Below are positions 12,279 to 24,200 of a stretch of 64,000 bases of DNA, in pieces. Position 1 is the first letter of the stretch, and every line of letters starts with the position of its first letter. A model generated the notes under the pieces. It was not told the DNA's origin. It saw only the letters and a list, made by a program, of their open reading frames with translations, and did no database searches. Position numbers and translations under genes: made by a program. The DNA comes from Oikopleura dioica (lineage: Eukaryota > Animalia > Chordata): NCBI GenBank assembly GCA_907165135.1, contig OU015566.1:12462001-12526000 (forward strand), written 5' to 3'.

Positions 12279-14099
12279 ATGGGAAAAGAAAGAGTGAAGA
12301 GAGACAGAGAAGAAAGAGAGAATTTGGTGCTTTGGAAGGCGCCCGTTCAGACGATCACGAATTTTATTGCTGAAGTGTTCAGTATTTTATGTAAGTTTTA
12401 AAGAGAAATGAGCATGCTACACGCAGCACTCTCGATTCTTACTTACTTTTTTAGTAAACTTTCTTCAAAATCTTCAACGAAACTACCTCAAATGTCTTCT
12501 AGTCTTGTCAATTTGTGCCTTATTTGTAAGTAATTGCTGTTTGTGAATTGAAAGTATTGTCTTTTTTAGTCATTTGTGTATAAAAACGAAGGTCCAGATG
12601 GATTTTTGCATTATTACGAAAAGCCATTTCTTTGGGGCTTGTGGTGGGTCTGGCTTGGTGTTTTGTCTTCTGTCGGTCTTGGAACTGGCCTTCATACTTT
12701 CCTGCTTTTTCTCGGTTAAAAGTCGCAAACATGTATGCCTAGAAACAATTATTTTTAGGTCCTTTCATTGCAAAAGTCACGCTGGAGGCTTACAACTGCG
12801 GATCTACTGATTTCGTCGAGTCAGAATATCCCGAAAAGCTTATTTGTCAAGAAGGGGCTACTCCAGGTAAGGAGTTTAGATTCTGAGATATTTGTAAAAG
12901 TATATTTGACAATGAGAGGAACGCGTATTTTTGTCTGTTGATGGAGATTTAGAACATCATTTTAAATTTGGCGATCCGAAGGAATACTGACTCGATTTAT
13001 ATTTTGCTATTGAGTAAAATAGCGCCAAATATCACCTGTTTCTTGGCCCCGTTACTATAAAATTATCTTCCTTATCGCCGATAAGTTATCGGCCTTATCG
13101 CGCGCTGCAACAATCTGTTATTAATAGAGTATCTAAAGTAGTGACCGGAAAATTACCGAACTTATTTCTTTCTGAATTTGAAATAAAACGCTTTTTAGGA
13201 CACGTCTCGATTTTGGATATAATGGCAAAAGTGCGTTTCCCCGCGTTCTGCTGGGGCGCTGGAACTGCTCTTGGAGAACTGCCGCCTTACTTCATGGCTA
13301 GAACCGCCCGTCTCACTGGAGAAAAGGACGAAGATGACGAGGATCTCGAAGAATTTGAAGAGATCATGAAGCAAAAAGACGCCAAAGGTACCGTTACTGC
13401 CCGATAATTGGGATCTCTTGACGCTCTATTCAGCCGATTTGGATATGATGACTCGAGGAAAGATTTTCATGCATGATCTCGTCCAAAAAGTCGGCTTTTT
13501 CGGCATCTTGGCCGCTGCTTCCATCCCCAACCCTCTTTTCGACCTCGCTGGAATCACCTGTGGCCACTTTTTGGTCCCTTTTTGGACATTTTTCGGCGCT
13601 ACGTTGATCGGAAAAGCAATCATCAAGATGCACATTCAAAAAGTCTTCATCATCTTCGTCTTTTCTGAACAATACGTTCTCGCCTTCCTCTCTTTCATCA
13701 AGGTAAAACTGCTTTTCTAGCGCTGGAATTCATGCTTGTTTAGGTTCTTCCAGGCTTCGGGCCATCTTTGTACAATTTCTTGGAGGAAATGATCAAGAAA
13801 CAGCGAGCGAAACTCCAAACTGGACAATCTTCCGAAGAAGGCGGGAATCCTATCGGAAAGATTTTCGAGTACTTCGTCTTCGGTAAGCCTTTTTCGCTTA
13901 TCTTAGCGCTCAGTAGAACCTTCAATTGGGTCTGAAAGTAGGGGTTGCCTTTAGCTCTATCGACTTCATGGTTTTGCGGCACTAACGCTGAATTCTAGTG
14001 ATGGTGGCCTACTTCGTCGTGACAATCATCAACTCCTTGGCCCAAAGTCGTCTTGCTCGATCTCAAAAAGCCAAGCGTGACTGCAACAAAAACGACTAA
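12279..14099 (+). CDS. VMP1: Vacuole membrane protein 1 (TMEM49)
   Basis: [84 protein letters not shown]. Start may lie slightly upstream. Confidence 0.95.
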
Positions 14100-14496
14100 C
14101 TTTCTATCTTCACTTCAGCTGCTTCTTCTTTATATTCTGTATTATAGATACCTACTATTCTAGCGTTTCAAGTTCCATCTCGTGTTGAATACAAACATTG
14201 ACCTATTTTTCATATCAGCGTTCTTCTTTTCAAAAAAGCCTTTTGTTTGCCATTGAAAAATAAAAAAAAGTACAGGTCTTCTATCACAACAAGAATCACT
14301 GTAAAGTAATCGCACAGTGTATTTTTACCTACAGTTTTCTGTCGAGTTTTCCTTGTGAGTTATGATTTGAAATTTTTCTTTCGCAATTTTAAATTTTTGA
14401 ACTGTTAACTGGAAAAATATATTGAAAGAACAAGTAGAGCCGCCTAAGTTTCTTCCGACAGGAGTTGGCTCCTGGAGCGCTAGAAATTTGTTGCCA

Positions 14497-16623
14497 ATGA
14501 TGGTTGATGTTATAGATGCAGGTTTCGAAATGCTGGACGTTACGGTAGAGACAAAGCTAGAACACGACCAAATAGGTATTCATAAACTCAAGCGTTGTTG
14601 ATCGAGCAATTTCGCGTTCAGATGTCTCCTGGGAGTGGAAGGGTGATGGATGCGCCCCGACTGGCTATTTGATAAAATGGGCGGATCGGGAGGAGCAGCT
14701 TGCGGCTGATAAGAGAAGATATCAACTGCCCATCGAGGACCAGACAGCGCTCGTGGTCACACTCCAGACCATGGGCGAGTCAAGGTGAGTTCTAAATTTA
14801 GCCCTTTCTCTCTGTGGCCTAGTTACTGTCGGTTTCACATGATAAGCCATCGATTTCTCCTGCTAGAAAGACCAACACACCCGTAAATTCTCGATTCAGC
14901 GTCGAATACAACTCCTTTGTCAACATCCGCGGCCCCAAATTAGACAAGGCGAAAGAAGAAGCAATGACACTTATCATGGTAAAACGCTCCCACGAGCTTT
15001 TTGAATGCTTATCAGAACAACCTAACACAACCTACAGCGACGAAAAGCTGAGCTGCTAAGGGACATCGCCCGCGTTCGCCGAGATTTGGAAGAAAACGCC
15101 AGAGAAGTCGCCTTTTTTACCGACCCAGAGAGATTCAAGGAGCGCTCCGAGCAGAACAAATCCAGGTACATCCTTCAAAAATAGCCACAAGACTGGAAAT
15201 CCCGATTTAGAGAGCTCAAAACAGCTGTACGAAAGTTCAACCAAAAGCCAAAACGTGGCCTTGAGCAGTTCATCCAGCACAATTACGTGGATGAATCACC
15301 AAAATCAATCACAAAATTCCTTCTCAACCAAAAAGGACTTTCCAAATCCGCCATTGGCGAGTTGCTCGGCGAGCCGGATCAAAAATATCTTGATATTCTC
15401 GGTACTTCGTTTCTAGTGCATTATTATGTAACAAAATTGAAAAGAGCAATTTGTCGTGGCGATTGATTTCACTGGATTAGATCTTGTTGAAGCTCTGAGA
15501 AGATATCTATCGAAATTCAAGCTTCCTGGAGAAGCTCAGAAGATCGACAGGATTATTGAGACTTTTTCTAAAGGGTAAGTCCTTATTTGACATCTCTGTG
15601 TATCTAGATGCGCATTAATGTCTATGGATACCTTTAGATGTTTCTGAACACCTCTAAATTTCCCATAATATCTCATTTCTAAGAGGCCCCCTTTTTAGAT
15701 ACACAAATTGCAACCCCACCGTCTTTTCTTCATCGGACACCTGTTACGTCATTGCCTTTTCTATCATTCTGCTAAATACCTCGCTACACAACCCCAATGT
15801 CAAAGAAAAACCGACCGAAGACCGTTTCATTCGAATGTGCGCCGGAATCGATGGCGGAAACGATCTTCCCGCATCACAATTAGGAAGTTACTTCAAAAGT
15901 ATAAACAAGAATCCCTTCAAACTGCCGGAGGAAGAAGATCAAGCCTTTGGTAAGTCATCAGAGCTCGTTTAAAAGTGCTAAAATGAGTGTAGCTAATGTC
16001 TTGTACAATCCGGACAAAGAGGGTTTTCTCTACAAACTTGGAGGAAAGATAAAGGGATGGAAGCGGCGCTGGATTGTGCTTACGGAAAAGGTTTGCTCAA
16101 AAAACCTGTTTTAAGGGGGTAGACAACGATATTTCAGACGCTGTATTACTTCGAAGAAGCAAAAGATCGAGAGCCAAAAGGCATCATTCCTTTGAACAAC
16201 GTCCAAGTCCGCAAGTGCGACGAAAAAGGCAGGAACTTCTGCTTCGAGCTGTACAAAGAGCAAGAACTTCCAATGATGACTATCAAGGTACTTTTTAAAA
16301 AGTGCTTTTGATTGATTTATTCTCGATTCTAGGACGTGAAAATCAATCCAGACGGAAAAGTAATCGATGGAAATCTTGGTACGAAGAGTCCTATTATCCG
16401 CTTTTCCGCGCCGACAGAAGACGATCTCGACGACTGGGTTTCTACCATCAAAAAGTAAGGAGAAAGAGTTGTGTTCATGTCTTACGGACCCAATTTCAGA
16501 TGTTTGGGACGAGATCCGATGTACGACCTAATTGCGGATCGCCGCCGCCGCGCAGGTTCTATACGACAGCCGAACGCAATAAATCAAGCCAAATCAACCG
16601 ATATTCCTTCAACGAAAAATTAG
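14497..16623 (+). CDS. CYTH: Cytohesin/ARNO-family Arf-GEF (Sec7 + PH) with extended N-terminus
   Basis: Sec7 [35 protein letters not shown]; [29 protein letters not shown]; C-terminal [13 protein letters not shown]. 5' end uncertain. Confidence 0.9.
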
Positions 16624-16889
16624 AATAGTTCCTCTATGAATCGATAATACCATGGTCCTCGTTTTGTTTTCCTCGCTTGATGAGAGCAGCTCCTTATCAA
16701 CGAAAAATTATACATGTGTATTTTTTCATATTTTTCTCTTCCCTTCTCTTCCAACTCCCTCGACAAATCCACCAACTTCTGTAAATACGAATCAAAGTGC
16801 AAAAAAGAAATTACCTTTCTACTTTCGTTCGAAAAAATATGGTTCCAGATCATTATTTCCCCATTTTTAACTCTCTCTATTAGATCTCT

Positions 16890-18065
16890 ATGATTCGGAC
16901 AGGGAAGCTACTTCAACGCCAGAGTGTCCTCCAACTGGTCAGACCAAAATTGGAGCAAAAGAATGAAGTGGCAGACATCACCGAGGCGATTGCTGGACGA
17001 GAAGACAGGAAGCTTTTTGCGCCAGAGTACATCTCCCCAGAGCGGCAAGCGCCACACTCACTTTGGAAACGATTAGTGAGGCAAGATTGCTTGAGGAGGA
17101 GAAATGTTATTGAGATTCCTGAGTTTTATGTCGGCAGTCTTTTGAGGTTGGTGATCAGATATTTTTTGTCAAACTAATGCGAAGTTTAGAGTCACCTACA
17201 CGGATAAATACGCTCAAGACAAAAGCACGGTCTTCGCCGGCCGAGTCATTTTTCTCCACGGATTTGGAACGAATCACAAAGTCTTGCTAAGAAATTTTGT
17301 TAATGGAACTATGGTCAATTTAAAGGTGCTTATCCTCTCGATATTATTCGCTAAAAAGGGTTAAGATCGATTTATATTCGCCGATAATTCAAAAGATAGA
17401 AGTACTGCGGCTTGAAAAATGGAAGGACAGCAATCTTCAGTACCTTAAACTATGCGATCCTGCTTACTGCACCGTCCCGCTGGATATGATGCCCGAGCCG
17501 CCAACACCACTCAATCAGGAGCTCAAATACTTCGAAGGAAAAGTTATGTTCAAGAGACCCACACAAATGCCAGAACCACCCGTGACGCAGCAAGAGATGG
17601 TTGATGATCCCATCGGTACTGATGTAAGTATGCTCGATTGTACCTTGAGTTAATTCCATTTCTTCAGGGGAAGCATTTCAATGGCCATTGGCAAAACATC
17701 CACTATGGAGACAAGCGAATTTCTTTGAAACAAAACCAGAAGTGGCCGCAGTACCAGAATCTATTCGCAGATGAGTTTACGATCAAAGAAGATGACATTT
17801 ACGCGCAATATCGTCACCGTCTCGCCAACTGGGCAAAAGTCACTAGGAACCATTTAATTGCCTTTTTCATCAATCCATTCAGTACGATATCATGCGACAT
17901 CACAACTTTGTCGACGAGAAAGAAAATGTCATAAAAGAAATGTCACGGAATAAGAAAATCCTCGAGAAAAAGACTCGAGCTGTAGGAAGGCCGAAGGTCG
18001 ATTATTCCAAAATTTCAAAAGTCTGGATCGAAGACTATAATTTAAAAACCTGCGAACCAAAATAG
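16890..18065 (+). CDS. MRPL19: Mitochondrial ribosomal protein L19
   Basis: IEIPEFYVGSLLRVTYTDKYA, LLRNFVNG..IDLYSPIIQKIEVLRLEK, NWAKYDIMR. Confidence 0.92.
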
Positions 18066-18274
18066 AGTTCACTGAAATCATCACCTTTGATTAAAAGCTG
18101 TTATTTAGATTGAAAATTTTGGCGTTGGGCTACGAGTCTACGACCGTCTAAATTTTTAGGTTGATTAGGGCCGTGTACGAGAGTATTTACTGTACCAAGA
18201 TACAGTTATCGAATCGCACACGAGTTTTAGCATTTAAATTACCACCTTATTTGGCCTCTAAATTCTTCCAAATT

Positions 18275-21200
18275 ATGTCCCTTGCATCCAACGGTGTCCA
18301 AAAGTAAGTTTACTCAATCAACATGCATCTGACTGTGCGTTTTGCAGTCCCGAGGGATTGAAAATTGAGTCAAAAGAAAACGGATTTGATGAGAACGGTG
18401 ACAGGGATCAGTACAACAAGCTTCTCGACTTAGGACTCGTCGAACAAGTTGCCCAAAAGCTTGATGCCATCTACCAGGAAGGTACGTATCAACAAACCCG
18501 ATTAACGCATGAACGCACGAAATATTTTTCCTGCTGAACGCATATTGCGCAGATTTCCGCGCAGCACCTTTGGAGCGCTCTAGCGACGATTGTGGTCGAG
18601 ATTTGAAAAAACAAAACATATCAAAATGAAGCCCAGACTCTTGCAAACAAGTTTATTATTGTTTATAATCTTAACCCTAACCCTAAGCTCGCTGAAACAA
18701 GTAATTTCAAGTATTACCTAAAAAATGCCATTTTCTCAAGTTTTATCGATTGTTATACAAAAGAAGGTATTATTTTAACTATAAATCGTCATTCTAATTC
18801 ATCTAAGAGATTTATTATTAGTAAAATTGTTAGGTCGAGAAGTAGCCGTTAGATCTGATAAGGATCGAGGCGCCACGTTCCTATTCTGCACTGCTTCAGT
18901 CCGTATTCTACCAACCTTGAATACACAACAAAAACCAACTACCACTTTTCGTGTCGTTTATCTAGACCTATTCTACAGTAGAGAAGCAGGGCAAGACCTC
19001 GTGAAATAGAAGGCATTTCCGACCTATCAACTGGTGACGTACGAGCGCTCATTTTGCTTCTACGGACTACAACTACGAACTACTCATCTTACAGATAAGT
19101 AACACGACCTCATCGCCTGGCAAACCACTCGGCCACACGCGACCTAGGGAGAATTCTTGACTTCTTGGACCGCCGAATCTTCTGGTGCTTCTTCCGCCGC
19201 CGCAGATCGTTGAACTTCAGCTGCAAGTGACCTGAATTTGCTCATCAAAAACCCCTAAAAGCAGTTATATAGCTCACCAAGCTTATAACTCGGGGTCACC
19301 GCAGGTACACTTCGTTCTCTCTCCGATTCTGCCGCCAAGTTTAGCACGCAGTTTGCATCTTCATCGGCCCAGCTCTTGAATTCGACGACTTGTGACGCTC
19401 TCTGGATCGTTGACCTGCATTGCTCATCAAACACCCCTAGAAAGGATTTAAGTTAATTCCAGAAACTTAAATCTGGGGTCAACGCAGGTACAAACGCCAA
19501 CTTACAGTCGACTCGGTTTGAACTTTCAGCGCCAGATCGACGATTGTCCGTTACAGCCGCCGCCGTTCGATCGAAGCCGTTCGAGCAATCTCCTCCGCGC
19601 GATCGCAACGCTCTCCCGCCCAACCGAACTCAAACTTCTTGGAAACCGCAACTTCACCCGTGAAGATGGCGCCGCCGACGCATCTTTTGTACATGCCCGC
19701 CGACGACATCGAAACGGCCAGCCGCGCCAATCTACAAAAATGGAGTAACACTCTGATGGATTTCGTCGTGACTAACCTGAACGACTCTGACCAGAAGGAC
19801 AATGTTCAGCTAGCCGCGGCCCAGCAGAAGCTCATGGTTGCCCAGCTTGGCAAAGCGCCCGTGAAGTCGACCACATCCAGCATCACTCCCAGTCATCTTG
19901 TCGAAATTCGACAGGCCTTCGAGCTTGAGAAGGAAACGGATCTCTCCGACGCCGATGAGGTTGAGGTCTGGATTCGTAAGATCCGTCAAGCCAAGGCTGA
20001 TTTCGTGGATCATCTCTCCAAGGCTCAACAGCCAGAAGCCGAAGCTCTTCTCGCCAGAACTGCGCGCAAGTACTTCTCCAACGAAGTCCGCCAGTCCTTT
20101 TCCCGCCAGAACCTTCCGTTGTCGACTGTTGACCAGTTGGTGGAGGCCATGGAATCGATGTACTCTTCGAAACGCAGCATCTTCCAACACCTGAAACGTA
20201 CTCATGATGTCAAGTACACAAAAAGCAAAGGCCTTCAGGCTTACATCAGCGAACTTACCGAGGCACAGCGACAAGCTTTCCGCCAGGTTGAGCGATTGAA
20301 GCTTCGAGTTGCCAAGCCTGATGTGACAATCATCGATGAAGCCACAGCTGACTACACCACGAGTACCGACAGCGCTGTTAAGATGGAAGCTGGCTTGAAG
20401 AGACCTGAAAACTACGTCTGTAAATGTGCTGTAAAGGCGCACGAGTTTTCAGACTTGACTGCTGCATGTCTGGCTTACCTGAAGATCTCCGAGTTGTTTC
20501 CTGCTGTCGCACTCAAGCTCTGCGACCAAATCGACGATTGTAGAACTGCACAAGATGTCTACAACAAGGCGAAACTCCTGATCGACCGCCTTCCTTCCAA
20601 CATGACCAGCGAAGACGCAGCCGCCTTCGGTGTCAAAAACGGCACTTGGAACAAGAAAAGTTCCAAAGATGGTCAAACCGAGAAGAAAAAGCCGTCGCTT
20701 GAGGCCACCTTGCAGTCCATTTGTGATCGTCTCTCCAATCTCGAGGGAAAGAATCCAGCTCCGAAATCTGACGACGCTGATTCCAAGAACAAAAAGAAGC
20801 AAGGACGAAAGAACAAGACCACCAATGCTCGAGCAGCTGAAACTGAAGCAGCTCCAGCATCTCTTGCTCCCCAGTCCAACCATTTTCGGCTCTCAGATCA
20901 GGAGTAATGCCGTGCGCACCTGATCTGAGCGATTCCTTTTGCGCACACTCCAGCTTCCACCGCCCATCACTTCCATGGTTCGTAAACTTCAAGCTCACGC
21001 TCGGTGGGTCAACTTTTGCGGTCAAAGATGGTATCATCGACAACGGATCAGACGACCTTCTGATCCCGAAGCGGCTCATCCCAGCTGATCTTCTGGACAA
21101 CTTGGATGACTGCGACTACACCATCAACGGAGTGAACGGAGCCAGACAGGCTTTAGGGCAGTTCGTTTCTGCAGTGGACATCGACGGCGCTATCTTCAAG

Positions 21201-24200
21201 AACATCAGGGTCATCGTCACAGACCATGAAGCTACTCCCGCTCTCATCGGACGCACTGTGATCGATCATCCCTCAAATGTCTCTTTTGGACGGACGGGTA
21301 CAGAAATCATCGTCCAACGCCGCCTTGCCCCTGGTGACCCGATCTTCACTGAAAAGTTCAAGATCAACGGCTACCACAGCGACCCTTGGAATGTGGCGCA
21401 AGAAACTACAAAAGCTCACCTCAGCAGTCGACCAGCTCGGCACGTGATTGAGGTAATGAGCTCCGGTGCTCACAACTCCGCTGGTGATGCCAAAAGCAGC
21501 CCATCAGTCGAGCAGATGAGTTCCAGCCCTAGAAAAAGTACTGTAAGTACTGTACAACCGTCAAGTCGTGACAAACCTGATATAAACGCGAGCACAACTG
21601 AACTTCTTGATTGGCTTGAGACGAAGAAGAATCTGAAGCTCCCCAGGGATCACCAAAATGCTGAAGAACTTCGAACCGCTGCGCTGCTGATGGTCGAGTT
21701 CGACGACGTCTTCGGTGGTGATAACGAGCCCCTCGGCGAGTTTTGCAAGCCGGTACGCATCCCGACTACTGGAAAGTCCGCCAGCCGCAAGCAACACCAG
21801 ATTCCGTACAAGAACCAAGAAGCGGTCGATGCTGAAGTCGATCGTATGGAACGTATCACCGCCATCGAGCCATGCAAGAATCCTCAGGGCTTCAATACGC
21901 CACTCCACTGCGTGGACAAGAAGGACGGAAGCCCCAGAGTTGTCGCCAACTTTAAGAACACCTTAAATTTGGTGTTGAAGGATCCTGACCCGTACACGAT
22001 GCCAAACCTGCGCGAAATCTTCAACGAAGTCCGCCCAGGGATGATGTACATGGCGTCCGTGGATTACCGCTCAGGCTACTGGCAGATCCCGATCGACAAG
22101 CGCGACAGGCACAAGACGGCTTTTACCTGGAGAGGGAAGACCTGGCAATATACGCGATTGCCATTTGGCCTGTCGTGTGCAGGTCAAATCTTCAGCAGAT
22201 GCGTCGGAGAAGCTCTGGAGACCATCACCAACCGCGACGGCATCTATGTTTACATAGATGATGTTCTCATAGCGACTCCTACCTTTGGCGCGTATGTACA
22301 GCGACTTCGAAGCCTGTTTGAAGCATCGAGGCAGTTCGGACTTCGACTTCATCCCGGCAAGTGCAATTTCTTGGCGAAATCCTGCAAGTTTCTCGGGCGT
22401 GTCTTGAGCCCAGAAGGAATGAGCGTCGACCCAGATCACGCTTCAGGAGTTGACTCCCTTGCACCACCAACTTCAAGATCAGAACTGCGTACACTGCTCG
22501 GTCGATTGACGTTCATCCGCGAATTTCTGGAGACGCGCCTGTATGAGCGAATCGACACTAGTTGTTTCAGCCAGCTAGTCCACGAGTTGAACAAGCTGAA
22601 TCGTGACGGCGATTTCTACTGGCCGCCTGAAGCCCAAGCTGCATTTGAGCGAGTGAAGAAACGGCTCAAGTCCAGTCCCATGATCTCATATCCTGACCCA
22701 ACGCGCGATTTTCTACTCGTCACCGACGCTTCGGAAGTTGCAGTTGGAGCTGTGCTGATGCAGCTCGTAGATGGAAAGGACAAGATCGTCGGTGTTGCTT
22801 CCAGGACCTTCACTGCAGTAGAAACCCGTTGGAGCACGACTGAGAGGGAGGCCTACGGGATCCTTTTTGGCGTTCGGCGATTCGACTATTTCCTCCGTGG
22901 CCGGCCTTTCGTGGTCAAATGCGATCACGCCGCCTTGCAGTATATTGACAGCGTCGACCACAAAAACGCCAAGCTGAGCCGTTGGATGGACGAGCTCTCC
23001 AGCTACCGCTTTTGTGTTGAATACATCCCCGGCGAGCAGAATGTTTGGGCAGATATGTACAGTCGTCCATTTGGCATCAAGAAGCCTGTGCATTCGGACA
23101 TTCACACTCCAGCCGGAAAATTTGTAGACTTCGAGAATGGTCTACGTGCCTACATTCCATCTTGGTCCATGAAGGATCAGGTGCCAGCGCCAGTAGGTAC
23201 ATCGAAAAACCTCCTTCGTGAAGGGATCACCAGAGCTTTGATCGCCAGCAAGGACGAATTCATCCTCACCGATGCAGCAGAGGGCTATCTCCAACTCGCG
23301 TCCGATCAGCGCGCAGATTCAAGCATCGGGCCCCTGATTTCAGCTCTTGGCAAGTTCCAGAAAGATCCAACCGCAATTCGACTCGACCGGAATGACCACA
23401 ATTACGATGTGTTCCGAGTGAATTGGCCCTACTTCCGGATCTGCAAGCGGACTGATCTTCTTCTTCACGTCAAAGACGGCAAATATCGCCAAGTTCTAAC
23501 GCCAGAGCATGCGATCCGTCTCCTCCGAAATTCTCATGACGATTGTGCTCATCCAGGTACTAGTCGGGTTGCTGATTCGCTGCAATCATACTGGTGGCCA
23601 GCGATGGAAGAGGACATTCGCAACTACGTCGCATCATGCTTGATTTGTGCCAAGAAGAAGGGAAATCAAGGTCATCCGTCGTCGCCGAATATTGGTCACT
23701 GCAGACGCGGCGAGCGGCCATTTCAGGTGATCTTCATCGATTTCACCGTCTTCGACAAGGTCAATGGCAAGAAATTCTGCTGCACGATCCTTGACAGCTT
23801 CACCAAGTTCTTCATTGCCAAGCCTGTTCCGGGCGAGAGGGCAATCGACGCTGCCAGGACGATAGTAGAAGAAGTAGTGCTTCGACATCATGTGATTCCC
23901 AGTATTGTGTCTTCCGATCGTGGAACTGCGTTCATTTCTGCGACGATGGGGGAACTTTACAAGCAGCTCGGAATCGTGGCGGAGAAGCATACCGCTTTTC
24001 GACCCCAAGGTACAGGAAATCTCGAACGACAGCACCGCACTTTCAAGTCGATGATTTTCATGCTCGAGCACGAGCGGCACATGAACTGGATTGACGCTGC
24101 TCCATACGCCGTGGCATTTATGAACAGCCACAAGAACAGCAGCACTGGTCAGGCTCCACACACGCTGGTAACTGGTCGCCGATCACGTCTAACAATTCAG

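Noticed and set aside
18672-18686. TAACCCTAACCCTAA telomere-like repeat
   Set aside because: Only about 2.5 units, inside a probable MITE; not an interstitial telomere array.
20847-20906. -1 ribosomal frameshift as the gag-pol mechanism
   Set aside because: No canonical slippery heptamer in the 60-nt overlap; not fully excluded without an assay.
19810-21100. Antisense ORFs of 144-210 aa within gag/pol
   Set aside because: Expected shadows of long, relatively GC-rich sense ORFs; no motifs.
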